This document shows, piece after piece, positions 50,951 to 62,669 of a stretch of 64,000 bases of DNA. The notes beneath the pieces are model-generated. The model was not told where the DNA came from and ran no database searches. It was given only the letters and a program-made list of their open reading frames with translations. The translations under genes and the position numbers were made by a program. Location of the stretch: contig MU057801.1 of the NCBI GenBank assembly GCA_013265495.1, forward strand, positions 372,001-436,000, in the 5' to 3' direction. The DNA comes from Vicugna vicugna (Eukaryota). Within the stretch, counting starts at the first letter, position 1. Each line of letters starts with the position of its first letter.

Positions 50951-53900
50951 GATGAGTCCCTGTCTGCAGAACTCTGCTTTTATCCATACAATTAGTGACC
51001 AATCATTACCATTTCATCAAGTCCAGACTTCAAAATGTAACTTAAACTCGCTGAAAGCACAAACGCCAATGAACAGTTCAATACAACGTAGACATCGTGT
51101 CCTAAGACTGTGTCCAGTCCTGTTACAATGCAGTGTTTTAATCGGAATGTTGGCTGTTTTGAATGTTAGGATTAAGGACCATTTTGACCAAGAAAAGGGC
51201 CTTTGAAAGTGGCAATGCAAGTTCTTAAGGTTGAATGTTCATGGCAGAGAATTTAGAAATCCCAAAGCAAGAGGCTCTTGGTTTTCGGATGGGGAAGAGC
51301 GTTAGTGTTATTTGTTGCTTTGACTGGTCGTCAAAGCTAGTGGTGGTCTGGTGTCCACTTAAAGGGAAACGCTTTTGCAAGAGTTAAGAATGTCTTGCAT
51401 TAGCCATTGCACAAAACCCCTGCGTGCCTGCCTTTGTGCACTGAACAGCCAGGGGAAGAAGTCTGTAGAAATTAGTTTCTTGTCTTAAATGTAGGCTGTT
51501 TTCACTGGGTCCAATGCTTAATGACACCTCAGGGCACCTCCCAGGTAGGTGGTCTAAACACACAGGTGCTGGAGGCATCTGAGAAAGTGACTCAGCCAAG
51601 TTAATTCCACTCAGGGTAGTGGCCCTTTTCAATGACTTGTCATGTAAGGAAAACTGGGAAGAAAAACGTTAACTTCCTGCCTTGTGGAAGCTCTTTTCCT
51701 GTGTAGCTTTTTCATCATTAGAGTCATGTTCAGACTCGAATTTAATTAGTCCCAGTCCAGATATTTCCCTCTTGTGGGTTGCTGTGAGGATTAAATAAGG
51801 TTTTACACATCCAGTTCAGGACAGACAGCATCTCATACGCGTAGGCTGTGGTTGTACTCATGGTTGCTTCTGCTGCCACATGTGTTGTTGCTGTGCACGG
51901 GAGGTTCGCCAGACTGTTGGCCTCAGCCCCTGCCATCCTGGGGATGGTGCACGGGGATCTGTGCACACCAGGTACCAGTCTGGTTGCAGAGAGGCACTGT
52001 GGCCTGAGCAGGAGCCTTGGAGGCTGCAGAGTTTGGAGAAGGCTTCCCCAAGAAGGGAGGGTTTGCGTTCAGCCTTTAAGAGGAGGTTGAGGGAGTTTGA
52101 TTTGTATCCAAAGACAATGACCTGTCACCTTGGGCCAGGCAGACTCTGAAGGGCAGTAGTGGGAGAGGCGGTGGAGGACCTCAGACCAGGTTCAGCGCGT
52201 GACCTTTTAGAGGATGGGGAGCAGGGGGCGAGGCTTGCATTAGACAGCCCTGGATGAAGGTAGACCTCCTCACCTGTGGCACCCATGGCGGTAGAGAGAA
52301 AGGCATTGGTAAGGGCGGATTAGGGAGACGGCAGTGGCCAGTGGAGGCGGGGCAGCCGCGTACGCAGTGCAGCGCTGGGAGGAGCCACCTTTGATCCATT
52401 CGGTGGTCCTGCCGGCGCAGCTGTCTAGCTGACATCCGGGTCCCTTATGGGCTGATGGTGTCTGAAGCTGGAAACCAGAAGTAGGCACTTGATGAAAACG
52501 AGGAGCAGGGCTCTGTCCTCACATCCATCATCACCGCTCCGCCTGTCAGCCCTCCTTCCTAATTACTCCAGAAGGAAGGCGGGCATTTCTCTTGACAGTC
52601 AGCTTTTGCTCCCTCAGGGCTAATGTTCCTTTTTCTCGATAGTTCAGGGTGGGGTTAGCGGGAGGGAGCTGAGGGCAGAGCCCTTCTCCCAGAGTCTGAG
52701 AAAAAAATCCCCAGTGTCTCACTGGCTGTGACTGGGTGGAATGTCCTTTCCCGTCCATCTGGTGGGAATCACACCCCAAACCCTGGGAAGCTCCAAGCCT
52801 AACTTTGAAGCACAGGGACTTGAGAGGAGGGGCTTGTTTGCTGAGGACAGTGGAGGGATTGTTCTAGAAGGACAGACAGATGCTGGTTAGCAGAAACCAT
52901 GGGCGGTCACTAGGAGGCGGTTGGCTGTCCTCTGAATTTCTGCCCCTGGAGAACGCGCAGGGACCTGCGGGGAGAGTGCCACCACTCCCCGCCACGGTCT
53001 CTATTCTGTCGTGCCTTCCTCTGCTCCCAAAGGGGAGACAGTTCTTCTGTGATGGAATTCATCCAGTCTGAAGGAAATTGTTTCAGGGGCTCTGGAGTTG
53101 GAGGGGTTTGTAGATGTAAATTGTCCTAAACCATGAGGACCACTCCAGTACCCTGGAGCCCAGCTGACGTCACTGGCTTCCAACTGCAAGCAAAACCTGG
53201 AGGGTTGAGATGGGACTTCACATAGACCCCTACTAACATCATGACGGTTTTCGGCATTAACTGAAACTGATTGAAATGCATCTGCTAGTACCTCCGTACC
53301 TGCCATGAAAATGAAAAGTAGGGTGAAAGTGAAAAACACTGCCTTAATGGCCCCAAATGGAGCAATCGTTTTCATCTTTAGCTAAATACAGTTTACTGCC
53401 TTGTTAAAATATGTTTGTAAGAAAAGTATAACATGAAAATTCTGGTGCGTGAGTCACTGAACAAAGTCTTTGTCCTGCTATATCTAATACATTCTCCCTT
53501 TTTATTTGGTAGAGCAAAATGGACAGGTCAGGTTTGGGTCATAGAAATCTTATGCTCTGACTTCTAAAAAAATAAAAAGAGTATTTGCTGGTCTATTCTT
53601 GGACATAATATGTTTTTAAGTGAGTGATTATTTCACTATTTATTACTATTCTGTGATATCTATTTAAAATCCTTTCATTATGTGGTTATTTGCTAAAGTT
53701 AATTATCCAGATAAAATGCCAATTAGAGGGTTTTTTTTTAAGGGAACATGTTCATTCATCTGCAAATATAGTGTAGTGGTGTGCACACTGGTTCTGAGAT
53801 CAGAGTGGGCAGGTCTGATTCTGCTGAACCATCCTCTACTGTGTGACCTGAAGCTCATTACATAACCTCTCTGTCCTCAATTTGAGCATAATGAAACTTG

Positions 53901-54859
53901 TCTCATATTCCTGTTCTGATCATACATAATCACTGTTTCTTTTGAAGTGGAAAAGGAAATATAATTCTTCACTAAAGTACAATGGAATATGTAAATATAC
54001 ATACTTAGAAATAATTTAAAATACATAAATTACAAAATGTAGTATATAATTCTTGTTTTCTCTGTTCTTAAAAATATAGTGACAATGAAGAAAAACTCTT
54101 ATTAATATCTGTGTACATAAATCCTAAGTTTATTTCTTATCCTCTTGAGATGTGATTTCCTGCCCAGAATAGCAGACCAGGAAACCCTTCTCGTCTCGTC
54201 TTTTCAGTTGATGCTTTTCTTCCTGGAGAACCCTTCATCTCTACCTCTCGTGTGCTTGCCTCCTTTTGGCGGTCCCGCAGTCCGAGTCGCTGGTGTGAAT
54301 GGTGTAATCACCCGCACCTTCAGCGAGCAGGTGGCAGAGAGCAAAAGCACCACCGTCACCTTTATGCCGATGTTCCAGCGGCAGGTCTCAGTGCTTTTGC
54401 AGCCTGAGGTGGAGACTTGCCAGCTCGAGAGGTGGTGCTATGAATCATCCGGTCCCCTCTTCCTCCCCAGCTGGGCTGTCGCCACGAAGCCCCTCTTCCC
54501 TCTTGGAGGCGCCCTTGCACACCTCGCCTCCAAGGTTGCTGCAGGTTCACGTGAGAGAATGCCTGGGTGCTCTTCCTGCCAACTTCAATTCCGGGAGCTT
54601 TCACACGGTCCTCTTTTTAACCTGCCCTCCTTGCACTCTGCTTCCCGATTCAGATCTGCAGTCTCAGTAATGCATAATTTATTCCCTAGGAGGAGCAACA
54701 AAGATTGGCTTCCCATGCAAACTGCCATGGTTAGATTCCATTATCCCTTTTGTGAAAATGCACCCAGACTGTTCTCATCATCAGTTCTCATTTGCCATTT
54801 CAAAGTAGGGCAGCCCATGCTTTCCCCTGTCACCGCTCAGATCAAGTGCAGAAACTCAT

Positions 54860-54956
54860 TTCTTTCTTTCTGTTTTTTAGCGGAGGTACTGAGGGTTGAA
54901 CCAAGGACCTCGTGCATGCTGAGCACGCCCTCTACCACTGAGCTCGTTCCCTTCCC
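54860..54956 (-). mobile_element. Camelid Vic-1-type SINE (short-tail form)
   Basis: ggaggtactgagggttgaaccaaggacctcgtgcatgctgagcacgccctctaccactgagct. Confidence 0.88.
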
Positions 54957-55542
54957 ACCCTCTCCCCCCCAAAACTGGTTGTTTCTTATTCATTAAATAA
55001 ACTGAGCTGCAGAGAAGACAGTGACCAGATCTTTGAACAGAAAACCAACATCCAGGGAAAAGCTTCAGCTTTTCCACCCTATTTCTTCCATCTATTCATG
55101 GAAGCTTCCAAAGAGTGCAGACGACACCTCAGGAAGATGAAGGACGCCCCTGCAGTGTGTCACCTCCTTCTGAATATTTGCAAAGACTCCGAGAGGTACA
55201 AAGCACCTAAGGGGTGGAAATGCATCGACTAATTAATCTTTAATGAACTGACATTGTCTGACCTCTTAAAACCTGCTGTGGGTGAACAGATGCCATGGGT
55301 CCCACAGACCCTGGGGCCGCCCTCACCCCCGCCCCACCCCCACCCCGACAGCCGTTAGGACGCTCTGCGCCGGGCGGACCCCAGCCACCAGTCTGGTCCA
55401 CCTGGGCTGGGACACACTGTCAGGCCCAGCGCCGCCTGTACCGAGCCCTTTGCCCGGTTGCTGTTCACGGCCCACTTCACCCACCCCCGCCCTCACCCCG
55501 CAACCACTGTCTTTCACCTACTTTTTTTTTTTCATTAACACT

Positions 55543-55660
55543 GATGGACCCAGAGATGATCATACGAAGTAAAGTAAGTCAGACAGAGGAAGACAAATAC
55601 GCTTTGCTATCATGTGTGGGTGGAACCTAAAAAAAAGTAAATGAGACAAATGAACTTATT
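55543..55660 (+). mobile_element. Internal L1 fragment (ORF2 end/3'UTR)
   Basis: gatggacccagagatgatcatacgaagtaaagtaagtcagacagaggaagacaaatac...acaaatgaacttatt. Confidence 0.8.
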
Positions 55661-56199
55661 CACCTGTTTTTTTCCCCCCACGTGTCCAAGATTTATTTGG
55701 GTTACTTATGAAAATGCATGTGCCTGGACCATGCCCCTGATGATTCTGATTCATCTTTATTCACCTACTTTTAAACTCTTTCTTCTCGCTCTGAGCCAGC
55801 GATTGAAGGAGATCCGTCTCTCTGAGGCCCTGTCAGTTCTCTCTCTGCCCTCCCTTTCTTTCTCTATTTCCTTTCCTTTCCATCTTCCTCCTTGATTCAG
55901 CCCCAGATCCAGCCAGCTGTCACAATGTGATGGCCCCACACAGAGTGGAAACGTTTGAGAGAAAAGGGATCGCACTGGCAAAGAGTAACAGGCTGACTCT
56001 GTTGCATCAGGCTTGTGTAGGGATGTGTTTTGACCTGTGATGTGTTCTTATTTATGTAGTAAAAAAGCTATCCCAAAATTCTTCTGTGTTTTGTGGGTAA
56101 TGAGAGAATGTAAGTAAATAATCATCTAAAACATGTTTAGGGGGAAAAGTTTCATGACATCACATAGGCATTTATTTGCTATGTGCCCAGTATCACTGT

Positions 56200-56610
56200 A
56201 ACTTTGGACTTTTGTTCAGCAAATATCCATACCCCTCCCCTCCACTGTGGGCAGTGTGCTCACCCTGCCTGGGTGTGGGTGTGGCTGCGGGACTTGCTTT
56301 GGTTAATGGTTAGTGGATTTGGTTAGTGGATGTCATGTCTTCAAGGAGAGGCTTGAAGGCTGCCTGAGCAGTGGCATCCTCCTGCTCCTGCATGGCCCCC
56401 TGGATAGAATATGCCTCAGGTATCAGTTGGTCCACAGAGGATTCGAGACATATGGTGCAGGCCTGACCCCAACCACAGCTTGGACCAGATCAGCAAGTAT
56501 CAGCCCACCCACAGATGTGTGAGCCCACGTGCACAGGCGTATGCTGTCTGGCATTGTTTTGGGGTATTTTGTTATGCAGCATTATCGTGACAACAGCTGA
56601 CAGTTACACA
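56200..56610 (+). mobile_element. MLT1-family LTR remnant
   Basis: ggctgcgggacttgctttggttaatgg...ttgttatgcagcattatcgtgacaacagctgacagttacaca. Confidence 0.65.
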
Positions 56611-58250
56611 TTTGGGAGGTGGGAGTTGTTTCCAATTAAACTTAAAGACAGACAAAACTATTTAGAAGTTAGCATACCTGTAAGTAAACGTCTAATTTAG
56701 ATATCAGAGGTTTTATGAAATATGTTACCTTTTGAATTGAACGCATCCTCCTCCCTAGCTGCCTGCAGTCTGTGGCTCTCCAAACCGCAGTGGCACCGCA
56801 GTGCCTGGGCTTCCATGAGCCCACAGTGGAAGTGCCCATCTCACAGGGCAGTTGTGAAACACTCACATGAAGGGGACTGGAAGAATATTAAACTCCGAGT
56901 TGCATGGGGCCTCAGTGCTTAGATCTGTGTCACTGGAAATGAATACTGTTTTTGCGTGCATATTTTAAAGAGGCAGAAGAACTCACACCTTGGACAGTTT
57001 TAGGTTCACGTGTTGACGCTCGTGGAGGCTGGCTCTTTGCTGCATCAGCCAGCCAAGAGTCACACTTCACAGCAGGTGGGAGCTTCAATAATTTAAGCAA
57101 AATGTTGGCTCTTTCAGCCAAAGGAGAACGCAGCTCACCAAGGGATGCTGACAGCAGCATCTGAACAGAGCGGCACCCCTGCCACAAAACTGGGGCGTCC
57201 TAGCCAAGGCAGGAAGGAGGGGCCTGGCATCCCAGGTCTGAGCCCCAGGAAGTATGGGAGCACTTCCTGGATGCTCTCGCCCTCAGGGAAGCAACCTGAA
57301 AGCTATTCTGGTTCCTTTTCTTCTAAGCAAATAAGATGAGCCATTATACTTCCTTTCAGTTTTGGATAGAAAGAAATTTTTGCATAATTTATTCCACCCA
57401 GTTGAATAAATACAGTTGCCATTTATTTTGTCTTGCAAAATTCATTTTCATACCGTTTCATAAAAGGAGAAAAGAGAGAGATTCACAAATCCATCATTTT
57501 GCGGTAAAATTGTTACGGCTTGCCTGAAACGTGAGTCTACACGTTTCTTTTCTAGTGAAAAGGTAATAATGCCAATTCAATGTCAAAAATATCATATGGC
57601 ACATCTCCCTCATTTTAATAGGATCAGTGGTTTTTAAGCTTACATAATTTGTACAAGAGCGCATCTCACTTCTTCTGTAGTATTTCTAAGAGATATAAAT
57701 AAATGGCATAGAGTGTTACCATCAAAATGCTCTTACACAGAGGAAATCTTTCAAGATTATTTTGTGATTTTTTATTTTTACTTACCAAAAGGACACCCTG
57801 CAGTCTCCTTTGTTAGGTGTTGACAATTTATATCCCAAAAATCAGAATTTGAATCTTTATAAAATTGTCTATTACAAGCAGAATGTACAAGTCTTTAGTT
57901 CTCAAAAAAAGGGCAAACTTCCCTTGAAGTCGACATGACTTAACAATTACGTATTAAAATATCTGTACCATCACCTACAGGAATAATTTTTTTCTTACTG
58001 CCGTCCTTTTCATCCCTTAGAAAGAACTCGTATTTATTGCAAACTTTTGCAATTACTTTTTCCTTAATGAGTATAGCAAACAGGGAACAAAAACAAGATA
58101 AAGGGTTTTTATTCTAGACAGTTTCATTTAGCATAATTTCAACTTTCAAATTACAGGAACATAAATGAATGGCCTACTTCTGTGTTAAAAGTACTTGACT
58201 ACTTTGTGGGATGTTTTGTGCCAATTCTTTAGGAAATCATCTTGGTCGCC

Positions 58251-58263
58251 GTTGCTAGGAAAC
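58251..58263. promoter_or_regulatory. RFX X-box candidate
   Basis: GTTGCTAGGAAAC, about 140 bp upstream of exon E. Confidence 0.45.
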
Positions 58264-58400
58264 ACCGCTGGCTTCCCGCAGCTGAAAAAAAATGAGAGGG
58301 TTACAGGGAGCAATTCAGCATTATGAGCCTTTGACTAATAAGGTTGTTGGGTTTTTTTTTTTTTTAACTACGTATCTTAGCATGTCACCCCCCGTTCTAG

Positions 58401-58693
58401 GGCATGTCATTGTCTACGGGAACACAATTGACACGTACACGACGGTGGAGGTGCTCCTGAGCGTCGGCGTGCGGGGCTCCCACATCCACCTGGTGCGGCA
58501 CCCACCCACCTCCACCATCACCTGCATCAACAACTACTCAGTGGAAAGCGCGGTGGAGGACGCGCTCAGGGCAGCGGGGGTGACTGTGTACCGGGACGCG
58601 CTCCTGGCTCAGTGGAACGACGGCCAGGACCCTGACCCCATCCGCAGCGCCAGCTTCACCACGCCCACCAAGCCCTTCACGCTCCCCTGCTCA
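58401..58693 (+). CDS. CFAP61: CFAP61 internal coding exon E (293 nt; GG + HVIVYGNTIDTYTTVEVLLSVGVRGSHIHLVRHPP...SFTTPTKPFTLPCS)
   Basis: Acceptor cccccgttctag| and donor TCA|gtaagt. G+GG across the junction gives Gly. Exons A-E total 864 nt, or 288 codons with no stop. Confidence 0.95.
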
Positions 58694-58800
58694 GTAAGTG
58701 GGTCCCCCCAAACCTCACTCACCACCTGCGAGAGCCGCCACCTTCCTGGGACGTGGGATCTGGAAGGCGGTGGGCGGTGCATTTATAGTTACAGGGTTTG

Positions 58801-59333
58801 TTTTTTCATTTGAGAAAAGGTAGATTTATTCAGAGAGATACATAGTCCATAGGCAGAGAGCAGGCTGTTGCCGAAGGCAAGAGAAAGGCCACAGAGGTGT
58901 GCGGGGGGTGCTTAGTTTAAAGTAAAAGCAGGTCCACACTCCTTAGACCAAGTGCAGGTCATCTCAGAAGGGAGGGCGGCCGCGAGGTGCGGGGGCTGTT
59001 GGTTTTTATGGGCTCGGTAACAAGCGGGAGGGCTAGTCCAGCTACTTTGGGGGAGGGGCTGGGATTCCTAGGAGCTGGGCTGTCACCTGCTTGCTGACCT
59101 CTTATGGTCAGCCTCAGGACTGTCGTGGCGCCCGTGGGAGCGCCACTCACCATGCTAATGTATTACAGTCAGCATGTAATGAAGCTCAGGGTCAAACCTC
59201 CTGGAAAAGGAAGTCAAACCTCCCGCCATCTTGGGCCTCAAGGCCTCCGGGGAGTTGAATCTCCGCTTTCCTGCTGTTAACTGCTGTGCCCTTCCTTCAA
59301 TAGCGGTGCCCTGCCCGCTTCCTTCCTGTCTCA
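58801..59333 (-). mobile_element. ERV1-type (MER41-like) LTR, U3-R only, ending in poly(A)
   Basis: The minus strand starts TGAGACAGGAAGG at 59333. It has a YY1-like aagatggcgg, a TATA-like cataaaa near 59005 and AATAAA at 58830-58825, then 18 nt and an A-run. The subfamily name is tentative. Confidence 0.75.
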
Positions 59334-59579
59334 TATCTTCCTGCAGAACAGCTTTCTGAGACCTGCTCAGACTGTCCCAAGGCTTCTCTGCCCTTTCCAT
59401 CATAAAACCCAAGTGCCTTGGCTTGGCATTCAAGGCCCCACCCCATGCTCTCTGCTCTCAACTTCAATTTCCAGGCTTAGCACTTGCCACTTCCCACCTG
59501 GACTGAGACCCTCTTGAAGACAGGTCGCATCTGGTTCGCCTCTGGGTGTAGTTACAGGGTTTGCTCCCTAAATGTTCAG

Positions 59580-60100
59580 ATTTTCTATTGCTAAATAATG
59601 AGCCACCCAAACTTAGCGGCACGGAAAGACAACCATCATTCGTTAGTATCTCTCGTGGTCCTGGGGTTTGACCGGGCCCAGTGGGCAGCTCCCCCTGGAG
59701 GTCTCTCATGTGGTTGGCGTCACACGGGGGGCGGAACCGGAAGCATCGAGAAGGCGTGCTCACCTGCTCGTCCGGCTGTTGACGCTAGGGGAACTTCAGC
59801 TGAGATTTTGCCCCGAACACTTATAAATGATCTCTTTATGGGACCGAGCTGCCTTTCAGCATAGTTGGTTCCAAGAGCAAGTGGAAGAGAGAGACCCAGA
59901 GACACACAGAGAGAGGGAGGGACACGCCGTAGCCAGAGACACACAGAGAGACGGAGGGACACGCCGTAGCTCCTTCCACGACCTAGCCTTCGGAGTCAAG
60001 CAGATCACATCTACCACCCCTGTGACTTAGCGGCAGGTCACTAAGGCTCAAAGGGAGGGGACCCCGCTCTTCATGGAGGGGCTGCCAGGATTTGAGGGCG
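59580..60100 (-). mobile_element. MLT1-family LTR
   Basis: ctattgctaaataatgagccacccaaacttagcggc...tccacgacctagccttcggagtc...gtcactaaggc. Confidence 0.7.
59896..59970. repeat. 37-bp tandem duplication (2 copies, 1 mismatch)
   Basis: ccagagacacacagagaga(g/c)ggagggacacgccgtag x2. Confidence 0.92.
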
Positions 60101-60457
60101 CCAGCACTGGCTCAGAGCTTCCTTGTCCCAGGCCCCTTGCTGCGTGCTCGCAGGGCGTTCTGTCCCTCCTCACAACAGCTCTGTAAAGGGAAGCGTCCCC
60201 ACTGTACAGATGAGAACACCGCGTCCCCCCGCCAGCAGTGTACTGAGCTCCCCACCCAGGCCAGCAAGACCCCAGAGTCTGCGCTCTCCACCTCCTAAGC
60301 TTCTGGAAACAGCAGTGGTGGGTCTTTCCCCGTGGGGTAGAGACTTGGAAGATACGCATAGAGAGAGCGCTGTGCGCTGGGGCGTGTGACAGCTCAGCTC
60401 GCACCCAGAATACACAGCGGCGGCCGTTCCGATTAGCAGAGGCCCGGGGCGGGGGAG

Positions 60458-60516
60458 NNNNNNNNNNNNNNNNNNNNNNNNNNNNNNNNNNNNNNNNNNN
60501 NNNNNNNNNNNNNNNN
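60458..60516. other. Assembly gap (59 N) flanked by G-rich sequence
   Basis: N run read directly. Confidence 0.99.
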
Positions 60517-61416
60517 GGCGGGGCGGGCGTGGGCGGTGGGGCTGGAGAAGCCAGCAGAATCCCGGGGCGGGGGGAGGATGGGGGGGTCCTCTGAACCCTC
60601 ACCTGGGAGTAGGGGCCGGTCAGCCTGCGTCGGGGCTTCTCGCCCACATGCCCCTCGGGGTGGGTGACGGTGACCCTCATCCCCTCGAGTCTAGGCAGGA
60701 CCTCATCCTGCCCCGATCACCCATGGATGATGGCTTTACGCCCTGCCCTTCAGTGTGCTCACTTCACCCTCCGTTCCACAAATATTTATCCACCACCTGC
60801 TACGTCTCAGGCCCTGTCCTAAGTGGGAGGGAGATGGCAGTGAAATCAAAATCTTTTCACCAAAATTTCCCCCCAAAATGATCCTGGGATATGTGTGCTA
60901 GGTTTATCCCGGGGAACCTCTGGAGGCGAGCACGTGCCCTGTTTAGGAAGCAGAGGTGTAAGAACCCCCTCCCCCCATTTCCCATTGAACACAGGTTCTC
61001 CAGCCGCCCCCGCTGGCCTGCAGCTTAGAGCTCAGGTCAGACCTGGAGTCACGGCAAGGACACCTTGCAGACAGATACCCTCATGTGCTTTGATCCAACA
61101 CACTTTCCTGCCCGAATGTCCCCCTGAAGCCTTGAGTCAGACCCCGGCCTGTCTGCTGCCAGGTCCCACCTCTTGCTTCCCGCTCAGCTCTGCCCCACGG
61201 GAGCGGCCCCTGCAGATGACACTTCCGGCCCCATTGCTCTCTGACACGTAACTATGCTCCGCCGACAGTAGGTGCCGGTAGGAGGTTGGAAATTGCAGGA
61301 AGAGAGATGTTAGTGTGTTTATCCCCCCGACCGTTGGCTCTGGGCAGTGCCTCTGTCAGGGCACCGGGAGACCTTTGACAGGGTGAACATATTCATTATC
61401 TTGACTGTGGTCTTGG

Positions 61417-61710
61417 TGTTGCGGCTTGAATCCGTGCCGGCAGAGACGTGGTCCTGATCACCAGCGCCTGTGAATGTGACGCCGTTTGGAAGCAGGGTCT
61501 TTGCAGTTGTGATTGGGTCAAGAGAAGGTCATCCTGGAGGGGGTGGACCCTAAGTCTAAGGACTGGCGCCCTTACACAGAGAGAAGGATTTAATGGCCCA
61601 GAGGAGGCCCGAGAGGGAGGAGGCCACCTGCTGACCGAGGCAGAGCTGGGGCGACGCGCTGCAGGGGCCGCTGGCAGCCGCCACGAGCTAAGACGACGCA
61701 GGGGACGGTC
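61417..61710 (+). mobile_element. MLT1B/C-like LTR, partial
   Basis: cctgtgaatgtgacgccgtttggaagcagggtctttgcagttgtgatt...gaggcagagctgggg. Confidence 0.7.
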
Positions 61711-62669
61711 TGAAGTTCTCTGTCTAGCTAGACAGTTGTCAATTTCATTGATTTTTTTTTCCCCAAAGATCCAGCTTTTGAATTTGCTAATTCTCTCTGT
61801 TGTCTGTCGGTTTCCTCTCTCATTGACTACTGCTCTTAATAATCATTTCCTTCTTTCTGTTCGTCTTGGATTTGCTTCGCCTTTCTTTTTCTAGTTCCTT
61901 AAGGCAGAACCTTAGGTCATTATTTATACAAGCATTGAAAGCTCTGCGGTTTCTTCTGTTTGGCTGCATCCCGTGTGTTTAACATGTTAAATTTTCATTA
62001 TCATTTGGTTCAAAATGTTTTCCAGTCTCCCTTGTGATTTCTTCTTTGTCCCTTAGATTATCCGGAAACATGTTGTCCTCAGATATCATGTTTTTATTGA
62101 TTTCTGATTTAATGCCATTGTGATCAGAGACATATGCTTTGTGATTTCAATCTTTGAAGATTTACTGAGACTTGTGTTATGTCCAGGCCAATGGATTATC
62201 ACTGTGAACATGGAAGGAACGCGGAGTTTGCGGCTCCCGGGTGTAGTGTTCTGTGTTACCTGTCAGCTCGCTGGGGCTGATGGTTATGTCTGAATCGTCC
62301 ATGTCTTCACCGACACTGTTTTGTCTAATTCTATCCATCACCAAGAGAGGGATATTAAAATCTCTTTCTATTATTGTGGAATTTTCTATTTCTCCCTGTA
62401 ATTTTTTAAATTTTTGCTCCTTTTTGAGACTCTGTGTTAAGAATGTGAACCATTTATAACCGTTATCTCTGCCTCCTGCACAGTGCTAATAATGATTATG
62501 AAATATCCTTCTTTATCTCTGGTAACACTCCTTTATATTAAGGTCCACTTTATCTCATATCCTTCTTAGGTTTGCTGTTTGCATGGTATATTTTTTCCTG
62601 TCCACTTACTTTCTACTTATCTGTGTCATTATATCTAAAATGTGTCTCTTATAGATATTGTAAAGTAGC

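Noticed and set aside
54145..54996. 283-aa ORF
   Set aside because: TTG start, runs through a SINE and resembles no protein I recognise. A chance ORF.
58292..58813. 173-aa ATG ORF as a standalone gene
   Set aside because: Only 58401-58693 is CFAP61-like. The flanks are intronic read-through (poly-T translated as FFFF).
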